DNA of 64,000 nucleotides from NCBI RefSeq assembly GCF_054482525.1, contig NZ_CM137006.1; one strand, 5' to 3'. Shown piece by piece: positions 54,534 to 64,000 of this stretch (position 1 is its first letter; each line of letters starts with the position of its first letter). The notes under the pieces were generated by a model. It saw only the letters and a program-made list of their open reading frames with translations, ran no database searches and was not told where the DNA came from. The position numbers and the translations under genes were made by a program.

Positions 54534-56112
54534 CCAGGCGCAGGCGCAAACCCGGCGTAAAGATGTTGCCAGCGAGGCCGATTTCTACGGCGCGATGGAC
54601 GGGGCATCGAAGTTTGTGCGCGGGGACGCCATCGCCGGGATGATGATTCTGGCGATCAACCTGATCGGCGGCGTCTGTATCGGCATCTTCAAATACAACC
54701 TGAGCGCCGACGCCGCCTTCCAGCAGTATGTGCTGATGACCATCGGCGACGGGCTGGTGGCGCAGATCCCGTCCCTGCTGCTCTCCACCGCGGCGGCAAT
54801 TATCGTCACCCGCGTCAGCGACAATGGCGATATCGCCCATGACGTGCGCCACCAGCTGCTGGCAAGCCCGTCGGTGCTCTACACCGCCACCGGGATCATG
54901 TTTGTGCTGGCGGTGGTGCCGGGGATGCCGCATCTGCCATTTTTGCTGTTCAGCGCCCTGCTGGGTTTTACCGGCTGGCGGATGAGCAAACGCCCGCAGG
55001 CGGCGGAGGCGGAGGAGAAAAGCCTCGAAACGCTGACCCGCACCATCACCGAAACCAGCGAGCAACAGGTCAGTTGGGAGACTATTCCGCTGATCGAACC
55101 CATCAGTTTAAGCCTCGGTTACAAACTGGTGGCGCTGGTCGATAAAGCGCAGGGTAACCCACTCACCCAGCGTATTCGCGGCGTGCGGCAAGTGATATCC
55201 GACGGCAACGGCGTGCTGCTGCCGGAGATCCGTATTCGGGAAAACTTCCGCCTCAAGCCCAACCAGTACGCCATATTCATCAACGGCATTAAGGCCGATG
55301 AAGCGGATATTCCGGCGGATAAACTGATGGCCCTGCCCTCCAGCGAAACCTACGGCGAGATTGACGGCGTGCTGGGGAACGACCCGGCGTACGGGATGCC
55401 GGTCACCTGGATTCAGCCTGCGCAGAAAGCGAAGGCGCTGAATATGGGGTATCAGGTGATCGACAGCGCCAGCGTGATTGCCACCCATGTGAACAAGATT
55501 GTCCGCAGCTATATTCCTGATTTGTTTAACTATGACGATATTACTCAGCTGCATAACCGTTTGTCGTCGATGGCACCGCGACTGGCGGAAGATTTGAGCG
55601 CGGCGCTCAATTACAGCCAGTTGCTGAAAGTGTACCGCGCGCTGCTGACCGAAGGCGTTTCCCTGCGCGATATCGTCACTATCGCCACCGTGCTGGTCGC
55701 CAGTAGCACAGTGACCAAAGATCATATCCTGCTGGCGGCCGATGTGCGCCTGGCATTGCGGCGCAGCATTACCCATCCGTTCGTTCGCAAGCAGGAGCTG
55801 GCGGTGTATACGCTGAATAATGAACTGGAAAATCTGCTGACCAACGTGGTGAATCAGGCGCAACAGGGCGGGAAAGTGATGCTCGACAGCGTGCCGGTCG
55901 ATCCGAATATGCTCAACCAGTTCCAGAGTACGATGCCGCAGGTAAAAGAGCAGATGAAAGCGGCGGGGAAAGACCCGGTGCTGCTGGTGCCGCCGCAGTT
56001 GCGTCCTTTGCTGGCGCGTTATGCAAGGTTGTTTGCGCCGGGGTTGCATGTGCTGTCGTATAACGAAGTGCCGGACGAGCTGGAGTTGAAGATTATGGGG
56101 GCGTTGAGTTGA
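54340..56112 (+). pseudogene. lfhA: Flag-2 FlhA-homolog relic (lfhA), N-terminally truncated
   Basis: FlhA-like sequence lacking the first roughly 100 residues of the TM domain. Confidence 0.65.
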
Positions 56113-56119
56113 TGGGGGA

Positions 56120-56235
56120 GACTATATAAGGTCTCGGACTGTCCCCTCGCCCCTTTGGGGAGAGGGTTAGGGTGAGGGGAAAGTGCGCGCTGAGTCCCTC
56201 ACCCCGGCCCTCTCCCCAAAGGGGCGAGGGAGAAA
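56120..56235. repeat. GC-rich palindromic intergenic element (REP/BIME-like)
   Basis: cccctcgcccctttggggagagggttagggtgagggg and its near reverse complement ccctcaccccggccctctccccaaaggggcgaggg. Confidence 0.5.
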
Positions 56236-56273
56236 AACGTGTACGACTTTAACTTTTTCGCAGTATTGCCGTC

Positions 56274-57032
56274 CTACAAAATCGTCTCTTCCGTCAAAAT
56301 CCTGCGCGCGCCTAAAAAATGATCCTGCCAGAAAGGTTCAGCTAACCGACTTACCCGAATGGTTTCCCCCGTGCGCGGCGACTCGATAAACTGACCGTCT
56401 CCCAGATACACGCCCATATGATCGGCAATCTCGCGGCTGTGGATATGGAAAAACAGCAAATCTCCCCGGCGCAGGTCGTTGTTCGCCACAATCGTTGCCC
56501 GATGGTAGTGATACATCTCATTGGCCGTGCGCGGGAGCTTCGCCTCGAGGATCTTGTTGTAGGCATAAAAAACCAACCCGCTACAGTCGAAGCCTTGATC
56601 GGGCCGCGTGCCGCCCCAGACGTAAGGCTTGCCAAGCTGCTGCTCCAGGCGGTAAATCGCCACTTCGGTGATGTTGTGTAGATGGTCGCTGCTTAAGAAA
56701 TGGTTGTTCTCCGCCAGCGCCTGCCAGCGTCTGTCACTTGCCTTGAGCGGCGCAGGAAACCATTCTGGATGCTGTTTTATCTGTTCGCGGTTGTGCTGGC
56801 GCAGCGCCTTTCTGCTTTCGGCATTGCCTTCCACAATATAGCTGGCCTGTTTTTTCAGATGGGTTTGGTACTGTTTTAATAAACGCGCACGGTTTTGCAT
56901 CCGCTGGCGGGCGGCGTAGCTGAAAGAGATATGTGATGTGGTGGCGCTGGCGAGTAAAGGGAGCAAAACGCATAACGAAAACACGCCTGGATGCAGAAAT
57001 CTGCCGAGCAAGAACGAAGACATGAAGGACAT
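56274..57032 (-). CDS. yafL: NlpC/P60-family peptidase YafL
   Basis: 252 aa; C-terminal NlpC/P60 domain with catalytic Cys (DCSGLVFYAY). Confidence 0.8.
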   Translation of the reverse strand: MSFMSSFLLGRFLHPGVFSLCVLLPLLASATTSHISFSYAARQRMQNRARLLKQYQTHLKKQASYIVEGNAESRKALRQHNREQIKQHPEWFPAPLKASDRRWQALAENNHFLSSDHLHNITEVAIYRLEQQLGKPYVWGGTRPDQGFDCSGLVFYAYNKILEAKLPRTANEMYHYHRATIVANNDLRRGDLLFFHIHSREIADHMGVYLGDGQFIESPRTGETIRVSRLAEPFWQDHFLGARRILTEETIL

Positions 57033-57323
57033 AAACCGGCTGAATGAAGGTGAGAATTTTAAAAGACCAGAGGAGTAAACGGGATTATTAATTGCTTATT
57101 TGCATATTACTATTGAGGTTTCATAATCTTAGGAAATAAATGATACATGCGCTTTTCGGACTATTGAAAACTGCCCCTGTGCTAAATTTGTAAACCCTGC
57201 GCCGACAGGCTTGCGTAAAACTCTTTTGGTGATAATGTGAGCCTTCCCAATCCAGACTATTCCGATTTGGGATCCATTTTGCCGTCCTGGCGTGTGTAAC
57301 CGTTTTATCAAGGAATAAGCAGT

Positions 57324-58064
57324 ATGCGTAAAATCGCATTAATTCTTGCGATGTTGTTGATCCCGTGCGTTTCGTTTGCCGGTTTGCTGGGCAGCAGTAG
57401 CTCAACCACGCCAGTGAGCAAAGAGTATAAGCAGCAGTTGATGGGATCCCCTGTCTACATCCAGATCTTCAAGGAAGAACGTACGCTCGATCTCTACGTC
57501 AAAATGGGCGAGCAATATCAACTGCTCGACAGCTATAAAATCTGTAAATATTCCGGCGGCTTAGGGCCAAAACAGCGTCAGGGCGATTTCAAAAGCCCGG
57601 AAGGGTTTTATAGCGTCCAGCGTAATCAGTTAAAACCAGACAGCCGTTACTACAAAGCAATTAATATTGGATTCCCCAATGCCTATGACCGTGCGCATGG
57701 TTATGAAGGGAAATACCTGATGATCCACGGCGATTGTGTTTCCATCGGCTGCTACGCGATGACCAATCAGGGTATTGATGAGATCTTCCAGTTCGTTACT
57801 GGTGCGCTGGTGTTTGGTCAGCCGAGCGTGCAAGTGAGTATTTACCCGTTCCGCATGACCGACGCCAATATGAAGCGCCATAAGTATTCCAACTTTAAGG
57901 ACTTCTGGGAGCAACTGAAACCGGGCTACGACTACTTTGAGCAAACCCGTAAGCCACCGACCGTTTCTGTGGTCAATGGCCGTTACGTGGTCAGCAAGCC
58001 GTTAAGCCACGAAGTTGTGCAACCACAGCTGGCATCAAACTACACGCTCCCCGAGGCAAAATAA
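57324..58064 (+). CDS. yafK: Periplasmic L,D-transpeptidase-family protein YafK
   Basis: Signal peptide, YkuD-like catalytic region ([12 protein letters not shown]). Confidence 0.85.
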   Translation: MRKIALILAMLLIPCVSFAGLLGSSSSTTPVSKEYKQQLMGSPVYIQIFKEERTLDLYVKMGEQYQLLDSYKICKYSGGLGPKQRQGDFKSPEGFYSVQRNQLKPDSRYYKAINIGFPNAYDRAHGYEGKYLMIHGDCVSIGCYAMTNQGIDEIFQFVTGALVFGQPSVQVSIYPFRMTDANMKRHKYSNFKDFWEQLKPGYDYFEQTRKPPTVSVVNGRYVVSKPLSHEVVQPQLASNYTLPEAK

Positions 58065-58799
58065 GCGCCATTCGCCTGGCATAATCTTTTGCCAGGTTTC
58101 ATTGCCCGTCAGCGGCTGTGTCGCAATCACCGTGACCACATCATTCGGTGTGGTCTGCGAGCTGAAGTCGATTTCCACATCCTGATCCAGCAACGTTGCC
58201 ACGCCAAACGGCGCGCGGCGGGTGATCCAGTGTAAATTAGTCGAGCAATACGCCATTACATAGCGCCCGTCCGAAAGCAGCATGTTGAAAACGCCCTTCT
58301 GCCGCAGTTCATCCGCCAGTGAGGCGATATATTTAAACACTGCCGCCATGTTGCCCGGTGTGCGCGGGTAACGCTGCGTTAATTTATGCAGGAGCCAGCA
58401 GAAGGCTTTTTCGCTGTCGGTTTCACCGACCGGGCGGAAGTTGCCGGTTTCCAGTGATTTATAGCCCGTCAGTTGTCCGTTATGGGCATAAGTCCAGTTA
58501 CGCCCCCATAACTCGCGGGTAAACGGGTGAGTATTTTCCAGCGCCACCTCGCCCCGATTCGCCTGGCGAATATGAGCCACCACCGAACAGGATTTTATCG
58601 GGTAGTCCTGGACAAGTTTGGCGATGGGGGAATTAAAGCTGGGTTGTGGATCTTTAAATGTGCGACAGCCTTTACCTTCGTAAAAGGTGATGCCCCAGCC
58701 ATCTTTATGTGGCCCGGTTCCACCACCACGCTGTACAAGCCCGGTGAAACTAAAGCAGATATCGGTAGGGACGTTGGCGCTCATCCCGAGCAATTCGCA
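58035..58799 (-). CDS. yafJ: Class II glutamine amidotransferase YafJ
   Basis: Start trimmed to MCELLGMS (N-terminal nucleophile Cys). Confidence 0.8.
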   Translation of the reverse strand, partial: CELLGMSANVPTDICFSFTGLVQRGGGTGPHKDGWGITFYEGKGCRTFKDPQPSFNSPIAKLVQDYPIKSCSVVAHIRQANRGEVALENTHPFTRELWGRNWTYAHNGQLTGYKSLETGNFRPVGETDSEKAFCWLLHKLTQRYPRTPGNMAAVFKYIASLADELRQKGVFNMLLSDGRYVMAYCSTNLHWITRRAPFGVATLLDQDVEIDFSSQTTPNDVVTVIATQPLTGNETWQKIMPGEWRLFCLGERVV

Positions 58800-58874
58800 C
58801 ATGGGTAACCTCCACAACAGCGGGAGCGCATGGCCCCCGGCGAAGATTGATTAAAAAGTAAAAAGGTGCAGGCT

Positions 58875-58920
58875 GTTACCCTCACCCCGGCCCTCTCCCT
58901 GAAAGAGAGAGGGAGAAAAG
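58875..58920. repeat. Second copy of the GC-rich REP-like motif
   Basis: ccctcaccccggccctctccctgaaagagagagggag shares the ctcaccccggccctctccc core with 56120..56235. Confidence 0.4.
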
Positions 58921-58923
58921 ACC

Positions 58924-59502
58924 TTACTTAACCATCTCTTTTTCAATTAACTGGATCAGGATATGGATAACTTTAATGTGGATCTCCTGAATGCGGTCGG
59001 CATAACCAAAGTGCGGTACGCGAATTTCGATATCCGCTGTGCCAGCCATTTTACCGCCGTCTTTACCGGTCAGGGTGATCACTTTCATCCCCTTCTCACG
59101 CGCCGCCGCGATCGCTTTGATCACGTTTGCAGAGTTACCGGAGGTGGAGATCCCCAGCAGTACATCGCCTTCGCGACCTACCGCTTCAACGTAACGGGAG
59201 AAAATATCATTGAAACCAAAATCGTTACCGACGCAGGAAATATGACTAACGTCAGAAATGGCAATCGCCGGGTAGCCCGGACGGTTTTCACGGTAGCGAC
59301 CGGTCAACTCTTCAGCAAAGTGCATAGCGTCGCAATGGGAGCCGCCGTTGCCGCAGGAAAGCACTTTGCCACCGGCTTTAAAGCTGTCTGCTAACAGGAC
59401 CGCCGCGCGCTGAATGGCGTGAATATTGGCGTCATCTTTTAAAAAGTTAGCCAGCGTTTCCGCCGCTTCGTTCAGTTCGTTACGAATAAGATCCTGGTAC
59501 AT
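58924..59502 (-). CDS. gmhA: Phosphoheptose isomerase
   Basis: Start trimmed to [10 protein letters not shown]; SIS domain; 192 aa. Confidence 0.9.
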
Positions 59503-59741
59503 GAGGATATCCTTCAGCATAAATGTAATAGACAAAATGCAGTGTACCGGATACCGCCAAAAGCGAGAAGTACGGGCAGGTGCTATGACCAGGACTTTTT
59601 GACCTGAAGTGCGGATAAAAACAGCAACAATGTGAGCTTTGTTGTAATTATATTGTAAACACATTGCTAAATGTTTTTACATCCACTACAACCATATCAT
59701 CACAAGTGGTCAGACCTCCTACAAGTAAGGGGCTTTTCGTT

Positions 59742-62186
59742 ATGATGATTTTGAGTATTCTCGCTACGGTTGTCCTGCTCGGCGCGTTGTTCTATCACCG
59801 CGTGAGCTTATTTATCAGCAGTCTGATTTTGCTCGCCTGGACAGCCGCCCTCGGCGTTGCTGGTCTGTGGTCGGCGTGGGTACTGGTGCCTCTGGCCATT
59901 ATCCTCGTGCCATTTAACTTTGCGCCTATGCGTAAGTCGATGATTTCCGCGCCGGTATTTCGCGGTTTCCGTAAGGTAATGCCGCCGATGTCGCGCACTG
60001 AGAAAGAAGCAATCGACGCAGGCACCACATGGTGGGAAGGCGATTTGTTCCAGGGCAAGCCGGACTGGAAAAAGCTGCATAACTATCCGCAGCCGCGCCT
60101 GACCGCAGAAGAGCAAGCGTTTCTCGACGGCCCGGTAGAAGAAGCCTGCCGGATGGCGAATGATTTCCAGATTACTCATGAGCTGGCTGATTTGCCGCCG
60201 GAGTTGTGGGCGTACCTTAAAGAGCATCGTTTCTTCGCGATGATCATCAAAAAAGAGTACGGCGGGCTGGAGTTCTCGGCTTATGCCCAGTCTCGCGTGC
60301 TGCAAAAACTCTCCGGCGTGAGCGGGATCCTGGCGATTACCGTCGGCGTGCCAAACTCATTAGGCCCGGGTGAGCTACTGCAACATTACGGCACTGACGA
60401 GCAGAAAGATCACTATCTGCCGCGTCTGGCGCGTGGTCAGGAAATCCCTTGCTTTGCACTGACCAGCCCGGAAGCGGGTTCCGATGCGGGCGCGATTCCG
60501 GATACCGGGATTGTCTGCATGGGTGAATGGCAGGGCCAGCAGGTGCTGGGAATGCGTCTGACCTGGAACAAACGCTACATTACGCTGGCACCGATTGCGA
60601 CTGTGCTTGGCCTGGCATTTAAACTCTCCGACCCGGAAAAACTGCTGGGTGGCGCAGAAGATTTAGGTATTACCTGTGCGCTGATCCCGACTACCACGCC
60701 GGGCGTGGAAATTGGTCGTCGCCACTTCCCGCTGAACGTACCGTTCCAGAACGGACCGACGCGAGGTAAAGATGTGTTCGTGCCGATCGATTACATCATC
60801 GGCGGGCCGAAAATGGCCGGGCAAGGCTGGCGGATGCTGGTGGAGTGCCTCTCGGTAGGCCGCGGCATCACCCTGCCTTCCAACTCAACCGGCGGCGTGA
60901 AATCGGTAGCGCTGGCAACGGGTGCGTATGCGCACATTCGCCGTCAGTTCAAAATTTCTATTGGTAAGATGGAAGGGATTGAAGAGCCGCTGGCGCGTAT
61001 TGCCGGTAATGCCTATGTGATGGATGCTGCGGCCTCGCTGATTACCTACGGCATTATGCTCGGTGAAAAACCTGCCGTGCTGTCGGCTATCGTTAAGTAT
61101 CACTGTACCCACCGCGGGCAGCAGTCGATTATTGATGCGATGGATATCACTGGTGGCAAAGGCATTATGCTCGGGCAGAGCAACTTCCTGGCGCGTGCTT
61201 ATCAGGGCGCGCCGATTGCCATCACCGTTGAAGGGGCTAACATTCTGACCCGCAGCATGATGATCTTCGGACAAGGAGCGATTCGTTGCCATCCGTACGT
61301 GCTGGAAGAGATGGAAGCGGCGAAGAACAATGACGTCAACGCGTTCGATAAACTGCTGTTCAAACATATCGGTCACGTCGGTAGCAACAAAGTTCGCAGC
61401 TTCTGGCTGGGCCTGACGCGCGGTTTAACCAGCAGCACGCCAACCGGTGATGCCACTAAACGCTACTATCAACACCTGAACCGCCTGAGCGCCAACCTCG
61501 CCCTGCTTTCTGATGTCTCGATGGCTGTGCTGGGCGGCAGCCTGAAACGTCGCGAGCGTATCTCGGCACGTCTGGGGGATATTTTAAGCCAGCTTTACCT
61601 CGCCTCTGCCGTTCTGAAGCGTTATGACGACGAAGGCCGTAATGAAGCCGATCTGCCGCTGGTGCACTGGGGCGTACAGGATGCGCTGTATCAGGCAGAA
61701 CAGGCGATGGACGATTTACTGCAAAACTTCCCGAACCGCGTGGTTGCCGGGCTGCTGAATGTGGTGATCTTCCCGACCGGACGTCATTATCTGGCACCTT
61801 CTGACAAGCTGGATCATAAGGTGGCGAAGATTTTACAAGTGCCGAACGCCACCCGTTCACGTATTGGTCGCGGTCAGTACCTGACGCCGAGCGAGCATAA
61901 CCCGGTTGGTTTACTGGAAGAGGCGCTGGTGGATGTGATTGCCGCCGACCCAATTCATCAGCGGATCTGTAAAGAGCTGGGTAAAAACCTGCCGTTTACC
62001 CGTCTGGATGAACTGGCGCATAACGCGCTGGCGAAGGGGCTGATTGATAAAGATGAAGCCGCTATTCTTGTGAAAGCTGAAGAAAGCCGTCTGCGCAGTA
62101 TTAATGTTGATGACTTTGATCCGGAAGAGCTTGCGACGAAGCCGGTAAAGTTGCCGGAGAAAGTGCGAAAAGTTGAAGCCGCGTAA
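59742..62186 (+). CDS. fadE: Acyl-CoA dehydrogenase FadE
   Basis: Start trimmed to [21 protein letters not shown]; 814 aa. Confidence 0.9.
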   Translation: MMILSILATVVLLGALFYHRVSLFISSLILLAWTAALGVAGLWSAWVLVPLAIILVPFNFAPMRKSMISAPVFRGFRKVMPPMSRTEKEAIDAGTTWWEGDLFQGKPDWKKLHNYPQPRLTAEEQAFLDGPVEEACRMANDFQITHELADLPPELWAYLKEHRFFAMIIKKEYGGLEFSAYAQSRVLQKLSGVSGILAITVGVPNSLGPGELLQHYGTDEQKDHYLPRLARGQEIPCFALTSPEAGSDAGAIPDTGIVCMGEWQGQQVLGMRLTWNKRYITLAPIATVLGLAFKLSDPEKLLGGAEDLGITCALIPTTTPGVEIGRRHFPLNVPFQNGPTRGKDVFVPIDYIIGGPKMAGQGWRMLVECLSVGRGITLPSNSTGGVKSVALATGAYAHIRRQFKISIGKMEGIEEPLARIAGNAYVMDAAASLITYGIMLGEKPAVLSAIVKYHCTHRGQQSIIDAMDITGGKGIMLGQSNFLARAYQGAPIAITVEGANILTRSMMIFGQGAIRCHPYVLEEMEAAKNNDVNAFDKLLFKHIGHVGSNKVRSFWLGLTRGLTSSTPTGDATKRYYQHLNRLSANLALLSDVSMAVLGGSLKRRERISARLGDILSQLYLASAVLKRYDDEGRNEADLPLVHWGVQDALYQAEQAMDDLLQNFPNRVVAGLLNVVIFPTGRHYLAPSDKLDHKVAKILQVPNATRSRIGRGQYLTPSEHNPVGLLEEALVDVIAADPIHQRICKELGKNLPFTRLDELAHNALAKGLIDKDEAAILVKAEESRLRSINVDDFDPEELATKPVKLPEKVRKVEAA

Positions 62187-62193
62187 TTGAATA

Positions 62194-62219
62194 ACGGAGC
62201 CGAAAGGCTCCGTTTCTTT
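62194..62219. terminator. Bidirectional rho-independent terminator between fadE and ivy
   Basis: acggagcc-gaaa-ggctccgt followed by ttcttt. Confidence 0.55.
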
Positions 62220-62228
62220 ATCCGCTAA

Positions 62229-62675
62229 TTATTTAAAATTAAAGCCATCCGGATGGTTTTCCAGGCTGCCGGTCAACGCCGCGAACAGCACCGTTTTACG
62301 ATCAATCGAAAGCGCATCGTTCACATTCAACCAGGTGAGTTTCTCTTGCGATGTTTTCTCATCAATGGTCGAGAACAGCCCCGTCATCTGATTAGATTTC
62401 TCGGACCACATCACAGCGATACGTTGCGAGCCACAGTCATGCGGTTTGCACGCGCTCATAACCTGATACGTCTCATCTCCCAACGTTACGGTTTGTGCGG
62501 GAGTATAAGTACCGCCTTTCATCACCCATGCAGGTAGCTTATGCCCTTGCACCATCTGATTAAACGCAGCTTTGGTGGTTTCGCCCTTTGCAAGGCTGCT
62601 AATGGTTAAATCATCCTGCGCCATTGCACTGGTGGCGATGACCAGTGCGGCGACTGTCGTTATTGCCTTAAACAT
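62229..62675 (-). CDS. ivy: Inhibitor of vertebrate lysozyme Ivy
   Basis: Start trimmed to MFKAITTVAAL; signal peptide; CKPHDC loop motif. Confidence 0.85.
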   Translation of the reverse strand: MFKAITTVAALVIATSAMAQDDLTISSLAKGETTKAAFNQMVQGHKLPAWVMKGGTYTPAQTVTLGDETYQVMSACKPHDCGSQRIAVMWSEKSNQMTGLFSTIDEKTSQEKLTWLNVNDALSIDRKTVLFAALTGSLENHPDGFNFK

Positions 62676-62855
62676 CATTCCTCCCGAGCTTATCCTGCCC
62701 ATGTTATTAACCTCCTAAAGCCTGGCGATAACACGATAATTTGCAAATCAGATATTTCCAATATCAGCATTTGTTATCAATTTATTCTGCGCTAAGGCAA
62801 CTGCCTGATAAGGTGTTAAAGTTATAAAACCCTTCGCATAAAGGAGTTGTACACC

Positions 62856-63626
62856 GTGCCTGGTTTGAAGATTACGCTTTTGCAGCAACCACTGGTGTGG
62901 ATGGATGGTCCTGCCAACCTGCGCCATTTTGATCGTCAACTGGAAGGTATTACCGGACGCGATGTGATCGTTCTACCGGAGATGTTTACCAGCGGCTTTG
63001 CCATGGAAGCGGCAGCTTCGTCGCTAGCACAAGATGACGTAGTGAACTGGATGACAGCCAAAGCGCAGCAGTGCAATGCGCTGATTGCAGGCAGTGTTGC
63101 ATTACAAACGGAGTCTGGTTCGGTTAACCGCTTTTTGCTGGTTGAGCCGGGCGGCACGGTACATTTTTATGATAAGCGTCATCTGTTCCGCATGGCAGAT
63201 GAGCATCTGCATTATAAAGCGGGCAATGAGCGAGTGATTGTGGAATGGCGCGGCTGGCGTATTTTACCGCTGGTGTGCTACGACTTACGTTTTCCGGTGT
63301 GGTCGCGCAATCTCAACGATTATGACCTCGCCATCTACGTTGCCAACTGGCCTGCCCCGCGCTCTCTGCACTGGCAGGCATTGCTGACGGCCCGTGCGAT
63401 TGAGAATCAGGCGTATGTGGCGGGATGTAATCGCGTCGGCAGCGATGGCAACGGCTGCCATTATCGCGGTGACAGCCGGGTGATTAATCCACAAGGTGAG
63501 ATTATCGCTACTGCCGACGCTCATCAGGCAACGCGCATTGATGCGGAACTGTCGATGATGGCGTTGCGGGAGTATAGAGAAAAGTTTCCGGCATGGCGGG
63601 ATGCGGATGAGTTTAGGTTGTGGTGA
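62856..63626 (+). CDS. yafV: Nitrilase-superfamily omega-amidase YafV
   Basis: GTG start; carbon-nitrogen hydrolase catalytic triad context (E in LPEMF, K in FYDKRHLF, C in VCYDLRFP). Confidence 0.8.
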   Translation: MPGLKITLLQQPLVWMDGPANLRHFDRQLEGITGRDVIVLPEMFTSGFAMEAAASSLAQDDVVNWMTAKAQQCNALIAGSVALQTESGSVNRFLLVEPGGTVHFYDKRHLFRMADEHLHYKAGNERVIVEWRGWRILPLVCYDLRFPVWSRNLNDYDLAIYVANWPAPRSLHWQALLTARAIENQAYVAGCNRVGSDGNGCHYRGDSRVINPQGEIIATADAHQATRIDAELSMMALREYREKFPAWRDADEFRLW

Positions 63627-63664
63627 GTGGGTGTTGTGTTTAGGGGCGGGGTAAGACTACGGGT

Positions 63665-63721
63665 CAGGGCAAGATTACGAAAGCCCGCTCCCCGCAAGGA
63701 CTGATGCCAGGTAGTTTCTGT
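63665..63721. repeat. 57-bp direct repeat, copy 1
   Basis: cagggcaagattacgaaagcccgctccccgcaaggactgatgccaggtagtttctgt; second copy at 63799..63855 with 2 mismatches. Confidence 0.6.
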
Positions 63722-63798
63722 GAGTCTGTTTACCATTCTGTGTAAATGCCTTTCTCAGAAGTGACCGTCAAGGCGGTCACCGAATTCGATAATAAAGC

Positions 63799-63855
63799 CA
63801 GGGCAAGATTACGAAAGCCCGCTCCCTGCAAGGACTGACGCCAGGTAGTTTCTGT
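63799..63855. repeat. 57-bp direct repeat, copy 2
   Basis: cagggcaagattacgaaagcccgctccctgcaaggactgacgccaggtagtttctgt. Confidence 0.6.
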
Positions 63856-64000
63856 CCATGGCTGCTTTTCGCATCTTACGTCTTAACCCTGCCTTGAATA
63901 CATTATCATTCGTTAAAATATTAATAGCGATGTGCCGTATCCCTGAAAATAATTCTGCGGCGTTTCCTCTTCTTATTTTGCAGTCGTCTTCATTCATTAC
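63809..64000 (-). mobile_element. C-terminal end of an H-repeat/ISAs1-family transposase (yafF-like), continuing past the window end
   Basis: [29 protein letters not shown] resembles the conserved C-terminus of H-repeat-associated transposases. Confidence 0.5.

Noticed and set aside
55108-56049. 313-aa minus-strand ORF inside lfhA
   Set aside because: Antisense to the FlhA-homologous frame; low-complexity Arg/Gln/His-rich product.

Overview
This window looks like an Escherichia coli chromosomal segment in the reverse orientation of the K-12 map: ecpRABCDE fimbrial operon, ykgJ, yagU, paoABCD, then a short variable stretch (MFS transporter, secreted hydrolase, LysR regulator), then a roughly 23.6 kb genomic island inserted at the 3' end of tRNA-Thr (thrW), then proAB, phoE, crl, frsA, gpt, pepD, yafPON-dinB, Flag-2 relics (lafU, lfhA), yafL, yafK, yafJ, gmhA, fadE, ivy, yafV and the edge of an H-repeat transposase. 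All gene calls rest on reading the supplied ORF translations against remembered protein families and motifs; no database search was run. The island is bounded by an imperfect direct repeat of the tRNA 3' end and carries a P4-type integrase, a CbtA/CbeA toxin-antitoxin module, a degraded IS3-family element, a solitary OLD-family ATPase-TOPRIM nuclease, a RecQ-helicase-PRTase fusion with a DprA-like partner (PsyrTA/ShosTA-like), and several CP4-57-like accessory genes. The most interesting feature is an AT-rich three-gene minus-strand operon (38357-40931) next to the integrase: a 2TM SLATT-like protein, a YejK/NdpA (NA37) nucleoid-associated-protein homolog and a RelA/SpoT-fold nucleotidyltransferase. 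I do not recognise this combination as a described system and propose it as a candidate new phage-defence or abortive-infection module. No rRNA or CRISPR arrays were found.
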